Shown piece by piece: positions 19,369 through 29,826 of a DNA stretch of 64,000 bases. This stretch comes from Minisyncoccia bacterium (GTDB lineage: Bacteria; Patescibacteriota; Minisyncoccia; Phycocordibacterales; UBA918). The notes under the pieces were generated by a model that worked only from the letters and a program-made list of their open reading frames with translations, was not told the origin of the DNA and made no database searches. Positions within the stretch are counted from its first letter, which is position 1. Every line of letters begins with the position of its first letter. The stretch is taken from assembly GCA_047639355.1 (NCBI GenBank), contig JBLIOC010000001.1, forward strand, positions 3,215-67,214, in the 5' to 3' direction. Both the position numbers and the translations under genes were made by a program.

Positions 19369-21729
19369 ATGACAAAACTCGTACTTAAAGTAAAAGGGAT
19401 GCATTGCGCTTCTTGTTCGATACTTATAGACAAATTGCTTAAGAAACAAGAGGGTGTAATTAATTCTGCAACAAGTTACGGAGCTCAGAAAGTAGCTTTA
19501 GAATTTGATGAATCAATAATTACACTTGAAAAAATTGATGAGTTTGTAAACAAGCTTGGTTATGACGTCATCCGACCTGACGAGGACACTGGTTCATTAG
19601 AAGAAGCAGAAGCTGCTGAAGAAAAGGAACGTTTGGTTGCAAAGAAGAGAGTTATTGCTTCGTTTGCAATAGCGTCACCAATCATTGCCTACTACATGGG
19701 TGTTCACATGTTCAACTTACCTCACATTCACCAACTGTGGGGGATTGATCTTAACTACTTCTATTGGGCTCTTTCGACTCCTATTCAATTTGTAATAGGG
19801 TGGACATTCTACAGAAATGCTTGGGCGGCTGTGCGTATTGGCTCTGCTAATATGGACGTACTCGTAGTATTAGGAACTAGTGCTGCTTACTTCTACAGTA
19901 TGATCGGTTTCTTGTGGTTCAACATCGATCATCCTTTCTGGGAGAGTTCCGCCGCACTTATTTCATTTATTCTTCTTGGACGCTACGTGGAAGTAGTGGC
20001 TAAAGGCAAGGCTAGTAGTGCCATCAAGGAACTACTTAAACTTGAAGCAAAGGAAGCTAATGTCATTCGAGATGGCACTGAAGTCACTATCCCACTAAGC
20101 GACCTTGTCGAAGGTGATGTTATTGTAGTGAAGCCGGGAGGTAAGATTCCAGTTGATGGAATTATCGTTGATGGGGAAACTCATATTGATGAAAAGGTTG
20201 TTACAGGTGAATCGTTTCCAGTTAAAAGAGTTAAAGGAGATGAGGTTATTGGAGCAACCGTAAACTTAGAAGGAAGATTTAAATTTAGAGCAACAAAAGT
20301 TGGTAAAGACACACTGCTCAATCAGATCATAACCATGGTTGAGGAAGCTCAAGCTTCACGTGCTCCGGTTCAAGACTTGGTAGATAAGGTAAGTGAGTAC
20401 TTTGTACCCGCTGTAATTGTTATTTCTGTAATTACTTTTGTCGGCTGGGTATTCATTGCAGAACTACCAGTTAGAGCCGGAGTTCTAAGAATGATTGCCG
20501 TATTGGTTATCTCATGCCCGTGCGCCATGGGACTTGCTACACCAACCGCTTTAGTTGTAGGTATTGGACAAGCTGCAAAATATGGAATTATCCTCAAAGG
20601 AGGAGAGGCTTTGGAGAAAGCTTACAAGATTACAGCCATCTGCTTAGATAAAACAGGGACACTAACAATCGGAAAGCCAATCGTTACAGACTTCGTTCTT
20701 GTATCTAAAATGACAGAGTCTGATGCCTCCATTCTCGCAGCGTCAGCTGAAATGGGGTCTGAACACCCACTAGCTCGAGCCGTGATAGAGCATGCAAAGG
20801 ACTTTGGAAAGACTACGGAACCTAAAAACTTCGAAGCTGTTCAAGGTATGGGTCTAAAAGCAACGATAAAACTTAAAGGTAAGGATCATCAGGTTGCAAT
20901 TGGAAATCCTAAGTTTATGGAGAAACTTAAAAAAGACATAACTTCATATAAATCAGAATTAGATAGACTACAATCAGAGGCAAAAACAACTGTATTCCTA
21001 GTTGTAGATGGCAAGATAGTTGCTTTGATAGCAATGGCTGATGCATTAAAGCCTTTTGCAAAAGAAGCAATCACAGCTATGCGTAACATGAACAAGGAGG
21101 TTATCATGATTACTGGTGACAACCAAAAAACGGCTGACGCTATAGCTAAAGAAGTTGGTATTGAGAGGGTGCTTGCAGAAGTATTACCACAAGACAAAGC
21201 AGCAATGGTGAAAAAGTTGCAAAGTGAGGGAATGAATGTTGCGATGGTAGGGGATGGTATAAATGACTCACCAGCGCTAGCTCAGTCGAATCTAGGTATA
21301 GCAATTGGTTCAGGTACAGACGTAGCGATAGAGACTGGAGATGTTGTTCTTGTTAAAGATGACTTAAGAGACGTAGTTACTGCAATACAGCTTTCTAGTA
21401 AGACAATCAAGAAAATTTGGCAGAACTTGTTTTGGGCATTCTTCTACAACGTTGCAGCAATCCCTATTGCAGCTGGTGGTCATTTATTGTTTACTCAAGA
21501 ATCGTTTGGTATTGCAGCTGGGTGGGTGGTAGCTATACAAGATAAGTTTGGTTCAGCTGGACAGATTTTCTTCAACCTTTCACAAGCGACACTACGTCCA
21601 GAAATTGCCGGGTTTGCAATGGCGTTTAGCTCGGTATCAGTGGTTGTAAACTCGATGGTACTGCGGTTGTACACACCACCAATGGAAAAACTATCAAACG
21701 CTCAAGATAAAAAAAAGCAAGTCAAATAA
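19369..21729 (+). CDS. copA: Copper-translocating P1B-type ATPase
   Basis: N-terminal HMA domain (GMHCASCS), TM CPC motif (SCPCAMGLATP), DKTGTLT phosphorylation site, hinge GDGINDSPAL. Confidence 0.93.
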   Translation: MTKLVLKVKGMHCASCSILIDKLLKKQEGVINSATSYGAQKVALEFDESIITLEKIDEFVNKLGYDVIRPDEDTGSLEEAEAAEEKERLVAKKRVIASFAIASPIIAYYMGVHMFNLPHIHQLWGIDLNYFYWALSTPIQFVIGWTFYRNAWAAVRIGSANMDVLVVLGTSAAYFYSMIGFLWFNIDHPFWESSAALISFILLGRYVEVVAKGKASSAIKELLKLEAKEANVIRDGTEVTIPLSDLVEGDVIVVKPGGKIPVDGIIVDGETHIDEKVVTGESFPVKRVKGDEVIGATVNLEGRFKFRATKVGKDTLLNQIITMVEEAQASRAPVQDLVDKVSEYFVPAVIVISVITFVGWVFIAELPVRAGVLRMIAVLVISCPCAMGLATPTALVVGIGQAAKYGIILKGGEALEKAYKITAICLDKTGTLTIGKPIVTDFVLVSKMTESDASILAASAEMGSEHPLARAVIEHAKDFGKTTEPKNFEAVQGMGLKATIKLKGKDHQVAIGNPKFMEKLKKDITSYKSELDRLQSEAKTTVFLVVDGKIVALIAMADALKPFAKEAITAMRNMNKEVIMITGDNQKTADAIAKEVGIERVLAEVLPQDKAAMVKKLQSEGMNVAMVGDGINDSPALAQSNLGIAIGSGTDVAIETGDVVLVKDDLRDVVTAIQLSSKTIKKIWQNLFWAFFYNVAAIPIAAGGHLLFTQESFGIAAGWVVAIQDKFGSAGQIFFNLSQATLRPEIAGFAMAFSSVSVVVNSMVLRLYTPPMEKLSNAQDKKKQVK

Positions 21730-21820
21730 CCTAGCAGATAAGAAGAGTCGCGGACTTATTGTTCTCGGCTCTTTCTGTGTATTGCAATAAAAGACACGCA
21801 ACCAGTGATATACTTACAGT

Positions 21821-22036
21821 ATGCAAAAAATAGAATTAAATATAGAAGGGATGCACTGCGGTGGATGTTCCACAGGAATACAGATGGTTACAGAAATGCT
21901 AGACGGGGTAACTTCATCATTTGTTGATTTAGATGCCAAGAAGGGAACTTTCGAGCTTGATGGAACTGGTGCCAAAGTAGAAGATATTATTGGAGAAATC
22001 ACTAAACTAGGTTACACAGCAACAGTCATTGAGTAA
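21821..22036 (+). CDS. copZ: Copper chaperone, HMA domain
   Basis: 71 aa with the GMHCGGCS metal-binding motif. Confidence 0.85.
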   Translation: MQKIELNIEGMHCGGCSTGIQMVTEMLDGVTSSFVDLDAKKGTFELDGTGAKVEDIIGEITKLGYTATVIE

Positions 22037-22038
22037 TT

Positions 22039-22557
22039 ATGGATATTTTCACCTTACTTATTATTGGTCACCTGGTTGGGACTGTTTTAGGAGTCGGTGG
22101 AGCAACGATGATTGAGTTTCATCTAAATAAAGCTTTGAGTGACGGAAATATGTCTTTGGACGAACGTAGTATGCTCGGTCTAAACTTTGTAGTTTTGAGG
22201 ATAGGTTTAGTTTTAGCTTTAGTAACCGGCTTTGGTTTTCTTGTGTATTACGTCACACATGGTCAAGCGTTCCGTCTTCAAAACCCTGTGCTATGGGCAA
22301 AACTGTTTATGGTTGTGATTGTTGGTGTAAATGCTCTGTTACTTCAATCACATAAGATTGGGTTGTACTGGGGGAGCGCTCTATCATTTGTTACTTGGTG
22401 GGCGACCATGATTTTAGGAATATTCTTAACCAACAACGTCCGGTTTGATTTTATTACAATAATGATTGGTTACTTACTAGCAGTTGTGGCCGGAGCATTT
22501 ATACTCCACAAGATACGCGATTACGTTAAATTAAGATATAAAGCGAAAAATGCCTGA
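22039..22557 (+). CDS. Small polytopic membrane protein, paralog A
   Basis: 172 aa with 4-5 TM helices. Clear similarity to the ORF at 24339-24860: LGVGGATMIEF ... DERSMLGLNFVVLRIGLVLALVTG versus LGVGSSTLAIV ... ETERRMMGVVYVVLRVATLMILLTTG. Confidence 0.6.
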   Translation: MDIFTLLIIGHLVGTVLGVGGATMIEFHLNKALSDGNMSLDERSMLGLNFVVLRIGLVLALVTGFGFLVYYVTHGQAFRLQNPVLWAKLFMVVIVGVNALLLQSHKIGLYWGSALSFVTWWATMILGIFLTNNVRFDFITIMIGYLLAVVAGAFILHKIRDYVKLRYKAKNA

Positions 22558-22948
22558 TATTACTTTCCCAATACAAATATTTTCCTCAGTAACAGCTCTT
22601 ATTTCTTCTTATGCTTTCCTAATGGCTGTTCTCAACAGGGAACCAAAGACTGTATGGTTAAGAGGCGCGTCATCACTGATGCTCCTTTCTAGCGGTATCT
22701 CATTTGCTCTTTACTATAGTAATTTATTTAGTTCAGACGCATATCTAGCCTTTGGCTCGGCAGCCTTTCTTTTGCTGACAGTATTGATTAGCTTAGGCAT
22801 TGCTGTAGTACACTGGTACGAAATGAGAAGCGATACCCTTAACTATCCACAAAACCTCTTGCTAACCACAAAAGTAGTTGCCGTTACTAGCTTTACAACT
22901 ATTACAATTCACTTACTGCTACAAATCGCATCTCTTGGTTGGGGGTAG
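22550..22948 (+). CDS. Hypothetical membrane protein
   Basis: 132 aa, hydrophobic, overlaps the upstream gene by 8 nt (operonic). Confidence 0.5.
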   Translation: MPDITFPIQIFSSVTALISSYAFLMAVLNREPKTVWLRGASSLMLLSSGISFALYYSNLFSSDAYLAFGSAAFLLLTVLISLGIAVVHWYEMRSDTLNYPQNLLLTTKVVAVTSFTTITIHLLLQIASLGWG

Positions 22949-23552
22949 CGAAATTATTTTTTTCTCCTTACATTTTTCTAAACCATGAAGATCTTCACTC
23001 ATTTGTTAGTCACGGTGCATTGTTCGTAACATGGTGTTAAATTTTTATTACTGTACTTTCTATATAAAAGTTCTAACGCAGTATTAACCCAAAAAGGGGA
23101 TGCCTGGGAACGTATCAACAGGAATGTGTTTCTAACTGCACAACAGTCAAATAAAGTTAGCAACATGCTGAAATATATTTACTGCGTCGCAGCTGGACAA
23201 AATCAGATATTTTACATGTTGGAAAACTAGGAGAGGCTACAGAACTAATTCTTGTTGAGCTGTACAAAATAATCCTAATTAAAAGTGTTTTTATTACTCA
23301 GGATTCCTCTCGATCTATAACTCATGCAGAGGTTAGTGTTAATCTTCCGTAAACAATATTGGAGTAAACTGCAATCATGTTGATTGGTCGACTTCTCGCC
23401 TTTTTGAAAACGTAGACAAAAACTTTAGTTGCCCGTATACACCTTTAAGTCCATATATGAAATTCGTAACAACGGCTCTATATTGTCACAGTCTTGTTGG
23501 GTAGCTGTTCAGCGAGCATGGTGTTAGTTAAGTTAGAAACTTGAAACCTGTA

Positions 23553-24263
23553 TTAGAAAAGCAATTTTATAAGTTTTTTGTAGGTGTCGTTGTGGTCATC
23601 TACTGCTATCGTTTCGATTACACCAATTACCGCTTCGTCGTTGCCTCCAGGGTATAGAGCATCACCAAAGTAAACACATTCTTCTTTATTCCAACCTTTT
23701 AGGTCGATGAGTTTTTGTACGTTGGTCCCCTTATGTCTGTCTTTATGTATGTAATCAAGGCTGGTTGAACCACCTATTTTTACAACTAGTTCTTCAGAAT
23801 TAAAGGGAACCTTTTCCATAAGGTACTCACGCTTCTTTCTGTTAGGATCGTATTTTTTTTTGGCTTCTACTGGGGCTGTGTTACCGATTGGGCTAAAGGT
23901 AATTTGTGAACCTCTGTCCTCTACTGGATTCCAGTCGGGATTCGGCTCGTGGTCAATTATTTCAACTATGGCTTTAATGTGTGACAAAATTTCTTGCCTA
24001 TGATGATTGTCGAGAGGAATGTTCCATAGCTCCTCATTTTCAACATTTGTAGCATGATTACCGTTTTGTCCAAGTGTGTAGGCTGGCAAATTACTGATCT
24101 GCCACCCAATTTTTGAAACTTCCTGTCCAGACACGATTATAACGTCGTGGTCAAGGGAGTCTAGTAGGTCATACATTTCTCTCAAAATGGGCTGCCTAGA
24201 GGGAGCAACGGTCTGATCCATGTCAAAAAATAAGTGTTTGTATTCTTTCATGTTTAGTAGCAT
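23553..24263 (-). CDS. HAD-superfamily hydrolase (subfamily IIB-like)
   Basis: N-terminal FFDMDQT (DxD motif) and C-terminal GD..N acidic motif (YFGDALYPGGNDEAV). The start codon is ambiguous: Met at 24338, 24263 or 24251. Confidence 0.65.
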   Translation of the reverse strand: MLLNMKEYKHLFFDMDQTVAPSRQPILREMYDLLDSLDHDVIIVSGQEVSKIGWQISNLPAYTLGQNGNHATNVENEELWNIPLDNHHRQEILSHIKAIVEIIDHEPNPDWNPVEDRGSQITFSPIGNTAPVEAKKKYDPNRKKREYLMEKVPFNSEELVVKIGGSTSLDYIHKDRHKGTNVQKLIDLKGWNKEECVYFGDALYPGGNDEAVIGVIETIAVDDHNDTYKKLIKLLF

Positions 24264-24338
24264 AAACCTATTCGCTCTTCCTGTAAATCCACAACTCTGT
24301 AATTTTTTTTTGTAAATAATACTGCTATCATATACCAT

Positions 24339-24860
24339 ATGACACTTTTTATTACTCTAGTTGCAATCTTGCAGCCATTTTCAATTTCACTTGGGGTTGG
24401 TTCCTCTACCTTAGCTATTGTAAATTTTTTCGTGACTATTGCAGATGGAGCTATAGATGAAACAGAACGAAGGATGATGGGAGTTGTTTACGTCGTACTG
24501 CGCGTAGCAACGTTGATGATCCTCCTTACTACTGGTGCACTAGTCTCAATTGAGTTTACAAACGGAGGCATCGTTGGATTCTCTACTATTATTTACGCAC
24601 AACTACTAACTCTCATTATGCTGTTTGTAAATGCTTCACTTATGACTGCTCGAGTGATGCCCAGCACCTATGGTCCAGCATTGCAGGCAGGGAGCTGGTA
24701 TACACTAGGCACACTTTCAGCATTACAGATTGTTGGGATTGTAAACTTTAGTTTCTTAAACTTCTTGTTTGGATATATTACTTGGCTGATATTAGCAGTT
24801 GCAATAGTAAATGGGATCATGTCAGTTCTAGCTGCTAGAAGAAAAGGAAAGTTACATTAA
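24339..24860 (+). CDS. Small polytopic membrane protein, paralog B
   Basis: 173 aa, homologous to the ORF at 22039-22557 (see that entry). Confidence 0.6.
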   Translation: MTLFITLVAILQPFSISLGVGSSTLAIVNFFVTIADGAIDETERRMMGVVYVVLRVATLMILLTTGALVSIEFTNGGIVGFSTIIYAQLLTLIMLFVNASLMTARVMPSTYGPALQAGSWYTLGTLSALQIVGIVNFSFLNFLFGYITWLILAVAIVNGIMSVLAARRKGKLH

Positions 24861-24871
24861 AAGTAGATTCT

Positions 24872-24901
24872 AAAAAACACCTCAATATGAGGTGTTTTTT
24901 C
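24872..24901. terminator. Bidirectional intrinsic terminator between convergent genes
   Basis: AAAAAA-CACCTCA-ata-TGAGGTG-TTTTTT. Confidence 0.7.
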
Positions 24902-24908
24902 ATTGCTT

Positions 24909-27900
24909 TTATTTTTCCACTTCTCCTGGTCGTCGACTGTATGTGATTGGGATAAGTACTAGGGTAATTATTACTGAGAATACTAATCCAAACATCACTG
25001 AATACGCAAGGGGAGCCCATAGATCTCCTGCATAGGTAAGAGGTACCATGCCGAACACTGTAGTGATGGTTGTCAGCAGAATCGGTCGTAGGCGGTTTGC
25101 TGCTGCATCTAATACAACTTCTCTCACTGGCTTACTCGGATTTGCTTTTCGCATTTTGTTCATCATGTCTATCAAGAGGATAGAGTTATTTACTACAATT
25201 CCAGACAGAGCTATGAATCCCATCATTGAAGGGAAAGAAAGTGTGCTTTGTGTAATCGCAAGACCTGACAAAATACCAATCAATGAGTACGGCAAAATAG
25301 AAAGCACGTACCGCATGTGCAAGTAGGAGTTAAATTGTAAAGTAAGAATACAGACCATCAATGCGATGCCGACAATTAACGCCAAGCCCATTTCGATGAA
25401 CGCCCGGTTTGAATCTTCTGTTTCACCACCACCCGTACTGATTATTACATCAGCTGGTACATTAAGCTCTTCTTCAATTTGAACCAATGCTGCTGCTTGG
25501 ATTTCTCGAGCATTTCCCTGCGCGGAAGCATCAGCTGATATTGTCACCACCCGCTTGCTGTCCTCGTGATTAATGACCGAACTAGACTCTCTTAAAGCAA
25601 CTGTTGCTAATGTTGAAAGTGGTACCTGTCCAGACTGAGTAGGGATTATTATCGAACTCAACGCATTTATTGATGTAATTTTCGTACTTTCTGCTGTTGG
25701 ATTATCTACGTTGTCTACGTTTAATTTAACAATCACATCAATGTCTTCATCGAGAGTAGTGAGTGAAGTCGCTTCTGTCCCAAAGAGGGCAGTACGGGCG
25801 ATCTGTGAGACTACTAGAGGACTAACACCGAGTGCAGCTGCTTTATCTCTATTTAGTTCTAGTACGAACTCAGTACTGTTGTTATTAGTACTCGTTTCAA
25901 CATTAACGGTGTTTGAGATATTTTTGAAGATTTTTGCTACACCATTTGCTAAGGTAGTAAGTTCTGTAAGATCATCACCCAAGAACTTTACTATGATCGC
26001 TGCTCCGGTCGGAGGACCATCACTTGGCTGATTGACAGTGACTTTGATGTCATTTAAGACTAAAAACTTTCGTCTCAAGTCGTCAACAATTACTGTACTA
26101 GTACGTTCACGCTCAAGATCAAGGTTTACAAAGATATTGGCAAACTTTTCACCGGTACCCCCAGATCCAAACTGACTACCACTTCCAACTGTGACAGTAA
26201 ATGAGTCAATCTCTGATTCTGCATATAGAATTTCCTCTACACGCCTAACGGAAATATCGGTCACTTCTTTAGTCGTCCCCTCAGGCTCTTCAATTTCAAT
26301 GATAACGAAATCGATATTGCTTTGTTCGAAAAAGATAACCTTTACTAGACTAGTAGAAGGGAGAAGTATTCCTGCTACAAACACAGACAACATGATAGTA
26401 ATGATTGTGGTTGGAATCCAAGCAAGCTTTCTCTTAAAGTCTGACCACCCTCGTTTTTTCTTAATAGTATGTGATTTGAGTGATACAAAGTATACAAGTG
26501 GTGCTGCAATAAGACCTGCGAAGACATTGACTGGAAGGAAGATAGAGAACAGAAGTAGTGAAAAGATGGCGGAAAGGAATTTATTCTCCCTGTCTTGATT
26601 ACCAACAATTAATTCCATTTTGCCTCGGTACCAATCGGCGAACTTGTTTGCAAACACTGCTTGTTTTTCTTCAAGTACTGATTCGTTTCTCCGCTTTAAG
26701 AACGTAGAGGCAATCAAAGGCAAAATAGCAAGTGCCACAAAGAGTGATGCAAAGAGTAGGAAGATAAGTGTAAATGGAATACTGGCAATAAATTGTCCTG
26801 TTACTCCTGACACAATAAAAAGACCAACGAACATCGATACGGTAGTGAGTGTACCGGCAATAAGTGGTGCTTTGAATTCTCGAATGGTGGTAATAGCCGC
26901 TTCTCGTTTGTCTATAGTTGGTTCGTCTTTCATTTTCTTGTTGATACCTTCAATCATCACAATTGCCGAGTCCACAAGAATTCCAATACCGAGAATAAGT
27001 GAAAACAGACTCAGGAAGTTAATTGTATTGCCTGAAAAGTACAAACCAATAAACCCAAACAAAAATGAAAGGGGAATAGCCGCTCCAGCCAGTAACCCCT
27101 CTCTCCAGCCGATCGCGAGCATTAGAAGCAACACCACTAGGATGACTGTCTGCAAACCAGATGTGGATAGCTGTACAAGATCATTTCTTATGTCCTTTCC
27201 CGCATCTAATACTGTTACTGCAGTGACTCCATCAAGTAGCTCATCTTGAACACTTAGTGCAGTTACGCGCTTATTTACTGCTGCTGCAATAGTTGTGATG
27301 TCTCCACCAGATTGCTTATATACGTTTATAGTTACTGAGTTTAGAGAGGGTTCTCCATCAACACTTAGTCTTGAAAGTAATGTGGATACAGCTAAGCCAT
27401 CTTCTACTGTAGCTAAGTCTTTAATATAAATTGGTTGTCCTCCTCGATTTGTAATACCAATATTTTTGATTTGTGTTGAGTCCTCGATGTCTCCTTCAAA
27501 GGCGACGTTGTATGAAACTCCGTTGTTTACAATCTGTCCGATTGGAAAAGTAAGATTGGCACTTGAGATTGCATTAGTTATTTCAGATAGTGAAATGTTA
27601 AACCGTTGTAGTGACACCTGGTCTACGATCACTGTTACTTCTCGGTCACGAATACCACTAAGCTCAACACGTGATACTCCAGCAACAGATTCAAGCTCGC
27701 GCTGAACATCGTCGGACAACTGGGTGAACGCAAAGTCTGAGATGTCAGCTGAAAGCGCAATGGTAAGGATTGGTTGATTTACAAAATCAACTTCCAAGAC
27801 AACAGGCTCTGTTGCATCGGTTGGTAAATCTGTCTTTATCTTATCAACCTGGTCTTTGAGGTCTGCGATTGATTTGTCTAGATCTGCACTGGCATCAAAT

Positions 27901-28175
27901 TCAATCATTACACTTGACACACTCTCGCGCGAAGTTGAAGTAATCTTTTTTACGTTTTCTAGACTCGTTAATCCACGCTCTATCTCGTTAGTAATGAGAG
28001 ATTCTATATCTGCAGCCGGCGCACCGGGCAAAGAAATTGAGACTACTCCAATCGGCACTACCACTTCTGGTGCTGATTCTTTTGGAATAGAGATGAGACT
28101 GTAGCTACCGATGCCAATCAAGGCTATGAGGAATAAGTAGGCGAACTTACTGTTTTTTATGAAGAATTCCCACAT
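24909..28175 (-). CDS. RND-family efflux transporter (AcrB/CusA/CzcA-like inner-membrane pump)
   Basis: 1088 aa with 12 TM helices, two large extracytoplasmic loops and an AcrB-like N-terminus (MWEFFIKNSKFAYLFLIALIGIGSYSL). Confidence 0.9.
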   Translation of the reverse strand: MWEFFIKNSKFAYLFLIALIGIGSYSLISIPKESAPEVVVPIGVVSISLPGAPAADIESLITNEIERGLTSLENVKKITSTSRESVSSVMIEFDASADLDKSIADLKDQVDKIKTDLPTDATEPVVLEVDFVNQPILTIALSADISDFAFTQLSDDVQRELESVAGVSRVELSGIRDREVTVIVDQVSLQRFNISLSEITNAISSANLTFPIGQIVNNGVSYNVAFEGDIEDSTQIKNIGITNRGGQPIYIKDLATVEDGLAVSTLLSRLSVDGEPSLNSVTINVYKQSGGDITTIAAAVNKRVTALSVQDELLDGVTAVTVLDAGKDIRNDLVQLSTSGLQTVILVVLLLMLAIGWREGLLAGAAIPLSFLFGFIGLYFSGNTINFLSLFSLILGIGILVDSAIVMIEGINKKMKDEPTIDKREAAITTIREFKAPLIAGTLTTVSMFVGLFIVSGVTGQFIASIPFTLIFLLFASLFVALAILPLIASTFLKRRNESVLEEKQAVFANKFADWYRGKMELIVGNQDRENKFLSAIFSLLLFSIFLPVNVFAGLIAAPLVYFVSLKSHTIKKKRGWSDFKRKLAWIPTTIITIMLSVFVAGILLPSTSLVKVIFFEQSNIDFVIIEIEEPEGTTKEVTDISVRRVEEILYAESEIDSFTVTVGSGSQFGSGGTGEKFANIFVNLDLERERTSTVIVDDLRRKFLVLNDIKVTVNQPSDGPPTGAAIIVKFLGDDLTELTTLANGVAKIFKNISNTVNVETSTNNNSTEFVLELNRDKAAALGVSPLVVSQIARTALFGTEATSLTTLDEDIDVIVKLNVDNVDNPTAESTKITSINALSSIIIPTQSGQVPLSTLATVALRESSSVINHEDSKRVVTISADASAQGNAREIQAAALVQIEEELNVPADVIISTGGGETEDSNRAFIEMGLALIVGIALMVCILTLQFNSYLHMRYVLSILPYSLIGILSGLAITQSTLSFPSMMGFIALSGIVVNNSILLIDMMNKMRKANPSKPVREVVLDAAANRLRPILLTTITTVFGMVPLTYAGDLWAPLAYSVMFGLVFSVIITLVLIPITYSRRPGEVEK

Positions 28176-28179
28176 AAGA

Positions 28180-29733
28180 TTATTCGCTAACTTCTACTTC
28201 GTCTCCTTCGACTAAGCCCCGTGCATCAATAACGAAAGCATCATCTTTTGCAATACCTTTCATTACTTCAACAGAGCCTCCAAGAATATTACCCAGAGAA
28301 ACAGATTTACTTACTAATTTGCCATCTTCTACAATAAATACAGAGCCGTTACTTCGGTCAAACTTCACGGCAGTGAGTGGTACCTGGATGGTGTCAGTAG
28401 ATGTTATCTCAGCATCAAACTGCTTTGTTATCCGGACGGTGTCACCGTTTGTCAGATTTGCATCTTCTGTTGCAATTCTAACTTCAGTCTTCCTGGTAAC
28501 AGAATCCACCGCTGGTGCGATTTCTGTGACTGTTCCGACAATTGTTCCTTCCACTAATACTGAATCTCCTTTAGCTAAAAGATTTTTTTCCGAGTCACTA
28601 ATATAGGTGATTACTTCCAACGCATTGTTGTTGGCTACTATAGCTACTTCTGCAAAAGAATTAATGAAGTCACCGGTTCGGATAGGCAGAGCATTTACTG
28701 TTCCACTGATTGGTGTTCGTAAAATAGTTTTTGCTAGGTTAGCTTGTGCTGCCCCAAGGGCTCCAAGTGCTTGTTTTACTTGAGCATCAGCAACAGATAT
28801 GACTCCACCGACAGCCGCTAGTTCAGCACGACGTACTCCGTCAGCAGATGACGAAAGACCAGTTAATGAAGTATCAAGGCTAGATTGTGTTTCGATTAAA
28901 GTTGATCGTAAATTTGTAAAAGAATTACTAAAACCTTGCAATTCAGTATCAGTATATCGTTTTGAATTATCATGTTGATTAAAAATTTCCAGAAATGTAT
29001 CTATGAAATTAATTGTGCGCTCAACATTTTGCTTTGCATAACCTAACTCTGTTTCTAAGTTAGAGTTGCTAGATATTACGTTGACTTGATTTTGCCATGT
29101 TGGTAAAAGTGTTTGATAAGCAACTCGTTCATCATTTAATTCACTCGTAAAACCTCTCCCACTTATTCGTAAGCCAGGAATTCTACTATTAGGATTTGCA
29201 AAAAAGGAATCAATTGAATTTACTACTACCCCGTTAGTTGTGTTGTAGGCAGACTTAAATGCTGAAACAGCCGTGTCTTGTGTTCGTTTTAGTGAATTTT
29301 TTGCTTCGTCTAAACCAACTCCACTTTGGGCTGCTGCAGCGACCGCAGCGTCATATATTCCTTCTGCTTGAAGTACAGAAGCACGTTCAGAGGCATTTTC
29401 AAGTGTTGCAAGAATTGTGCCGGCAGGTATTTGCTGACCTAGATTGACGTTCACAGCAGTCAAGCTCCCAGCTCGTTCAGAAGTAACTTCAGCTTCGGAG
29501 AATGCGCGTACATTTCCAATCAAAGAAATTGACTGACCCCCAGAATATTTTATGGGTGTAGTTAGGGTCACTATTGGCTTTTGTTGGACAACCAAGTCAT
29601 TTTTTGCAATAGGGTCACCTTTTAAAATCACTATTAACACAACGATTCCCAAAAAAACCACAGCTCCGTGTATTGTTTTACGGTTAATAAATAATTTAAG
29701 TCGTTCTGTTATTTTCATAAGATTTTGTTTCAA
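28180..29733 (-). CDS. Efflux periplasmic adaptor (membrane fusion protein, HlyD/RND-MFP family)
   Basis: 517 aa: N-terminal TM anchor, long coiled-coil, and barrel-sandwich/beta-barrel C-terminus. The stop is 5 nt from the start of the RND gene. Confidence 0.85.
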   Translation of the reverse strand: MKQNLMKITERLKLFINRKTIHGAVVFLGIVVLIVILKGDPIAKNDLVVQQKPIVTLTTPIKYSGGQSISLIGNVRAFSEAEVTSERAGSLTAVNVNLGQQIPAGTILATLENASERASVLQAEGIYDAAVAAAAQSGVGLDEAKNSLKRTQDTAVSAFKSAYNTTNGVVVNSIDSFFANPNSRIPGLRISGRGFTSELNDERVAYQTLLPTWQNQVNVISSNSNLETELGYAKQNVERTINFIDTFLEIFNQHDNSKRYTDTELQGFSNSFTNLRSTLIETQSSLDTSLTGLSSSADGVRRAELAAVGGVISVADAQVKQALGALGAAQANLAKTILRTPISGTVNALPIRTGDFINSFAEVAIVANNNALEVITYISDSEKNLLAKGDSVLVEGTIVGTVTEIAPAVDSVTRKTEVRIATEDANLTNGDTVRITKQFDAEITSTDTIQVPLTAVKFDRSNGSVFIVEDGKLVSKSVSLGNILGGSVEVMKGIAKDDAFVIDARGLVEGDEVEVSE

Positions 29734-29826
29734 GCGGGTTATTTTCGATGGAAATTACCATAAAAAATTCTTTTTGTATATAACCCTCAGGGGTTTTAAC
29801 TCTAGTACGCACTGTATGGTACAATC

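Noticed and set aside
22949-23552. The 600-nt gene-free stretch considered as a CRISPR array or rRNA/ncRNA gene
   Set aside because: No direct repeats of CRISPR length and spacing were found, and no rRNA-like conserved blocks. The maximum ORF is about 14 aa. It is retained only as a possible decayed gene or regulatory gap (see findings).
25048-28104. Several + strand ORFs (25048, 25711, 26191, 26620, 27466, 27856) inside the RND transporter gene
   Set aside because: All are antisense to a 1088-aa AcrB-family CDS with clear motifs. They are typical shadow ORFs.
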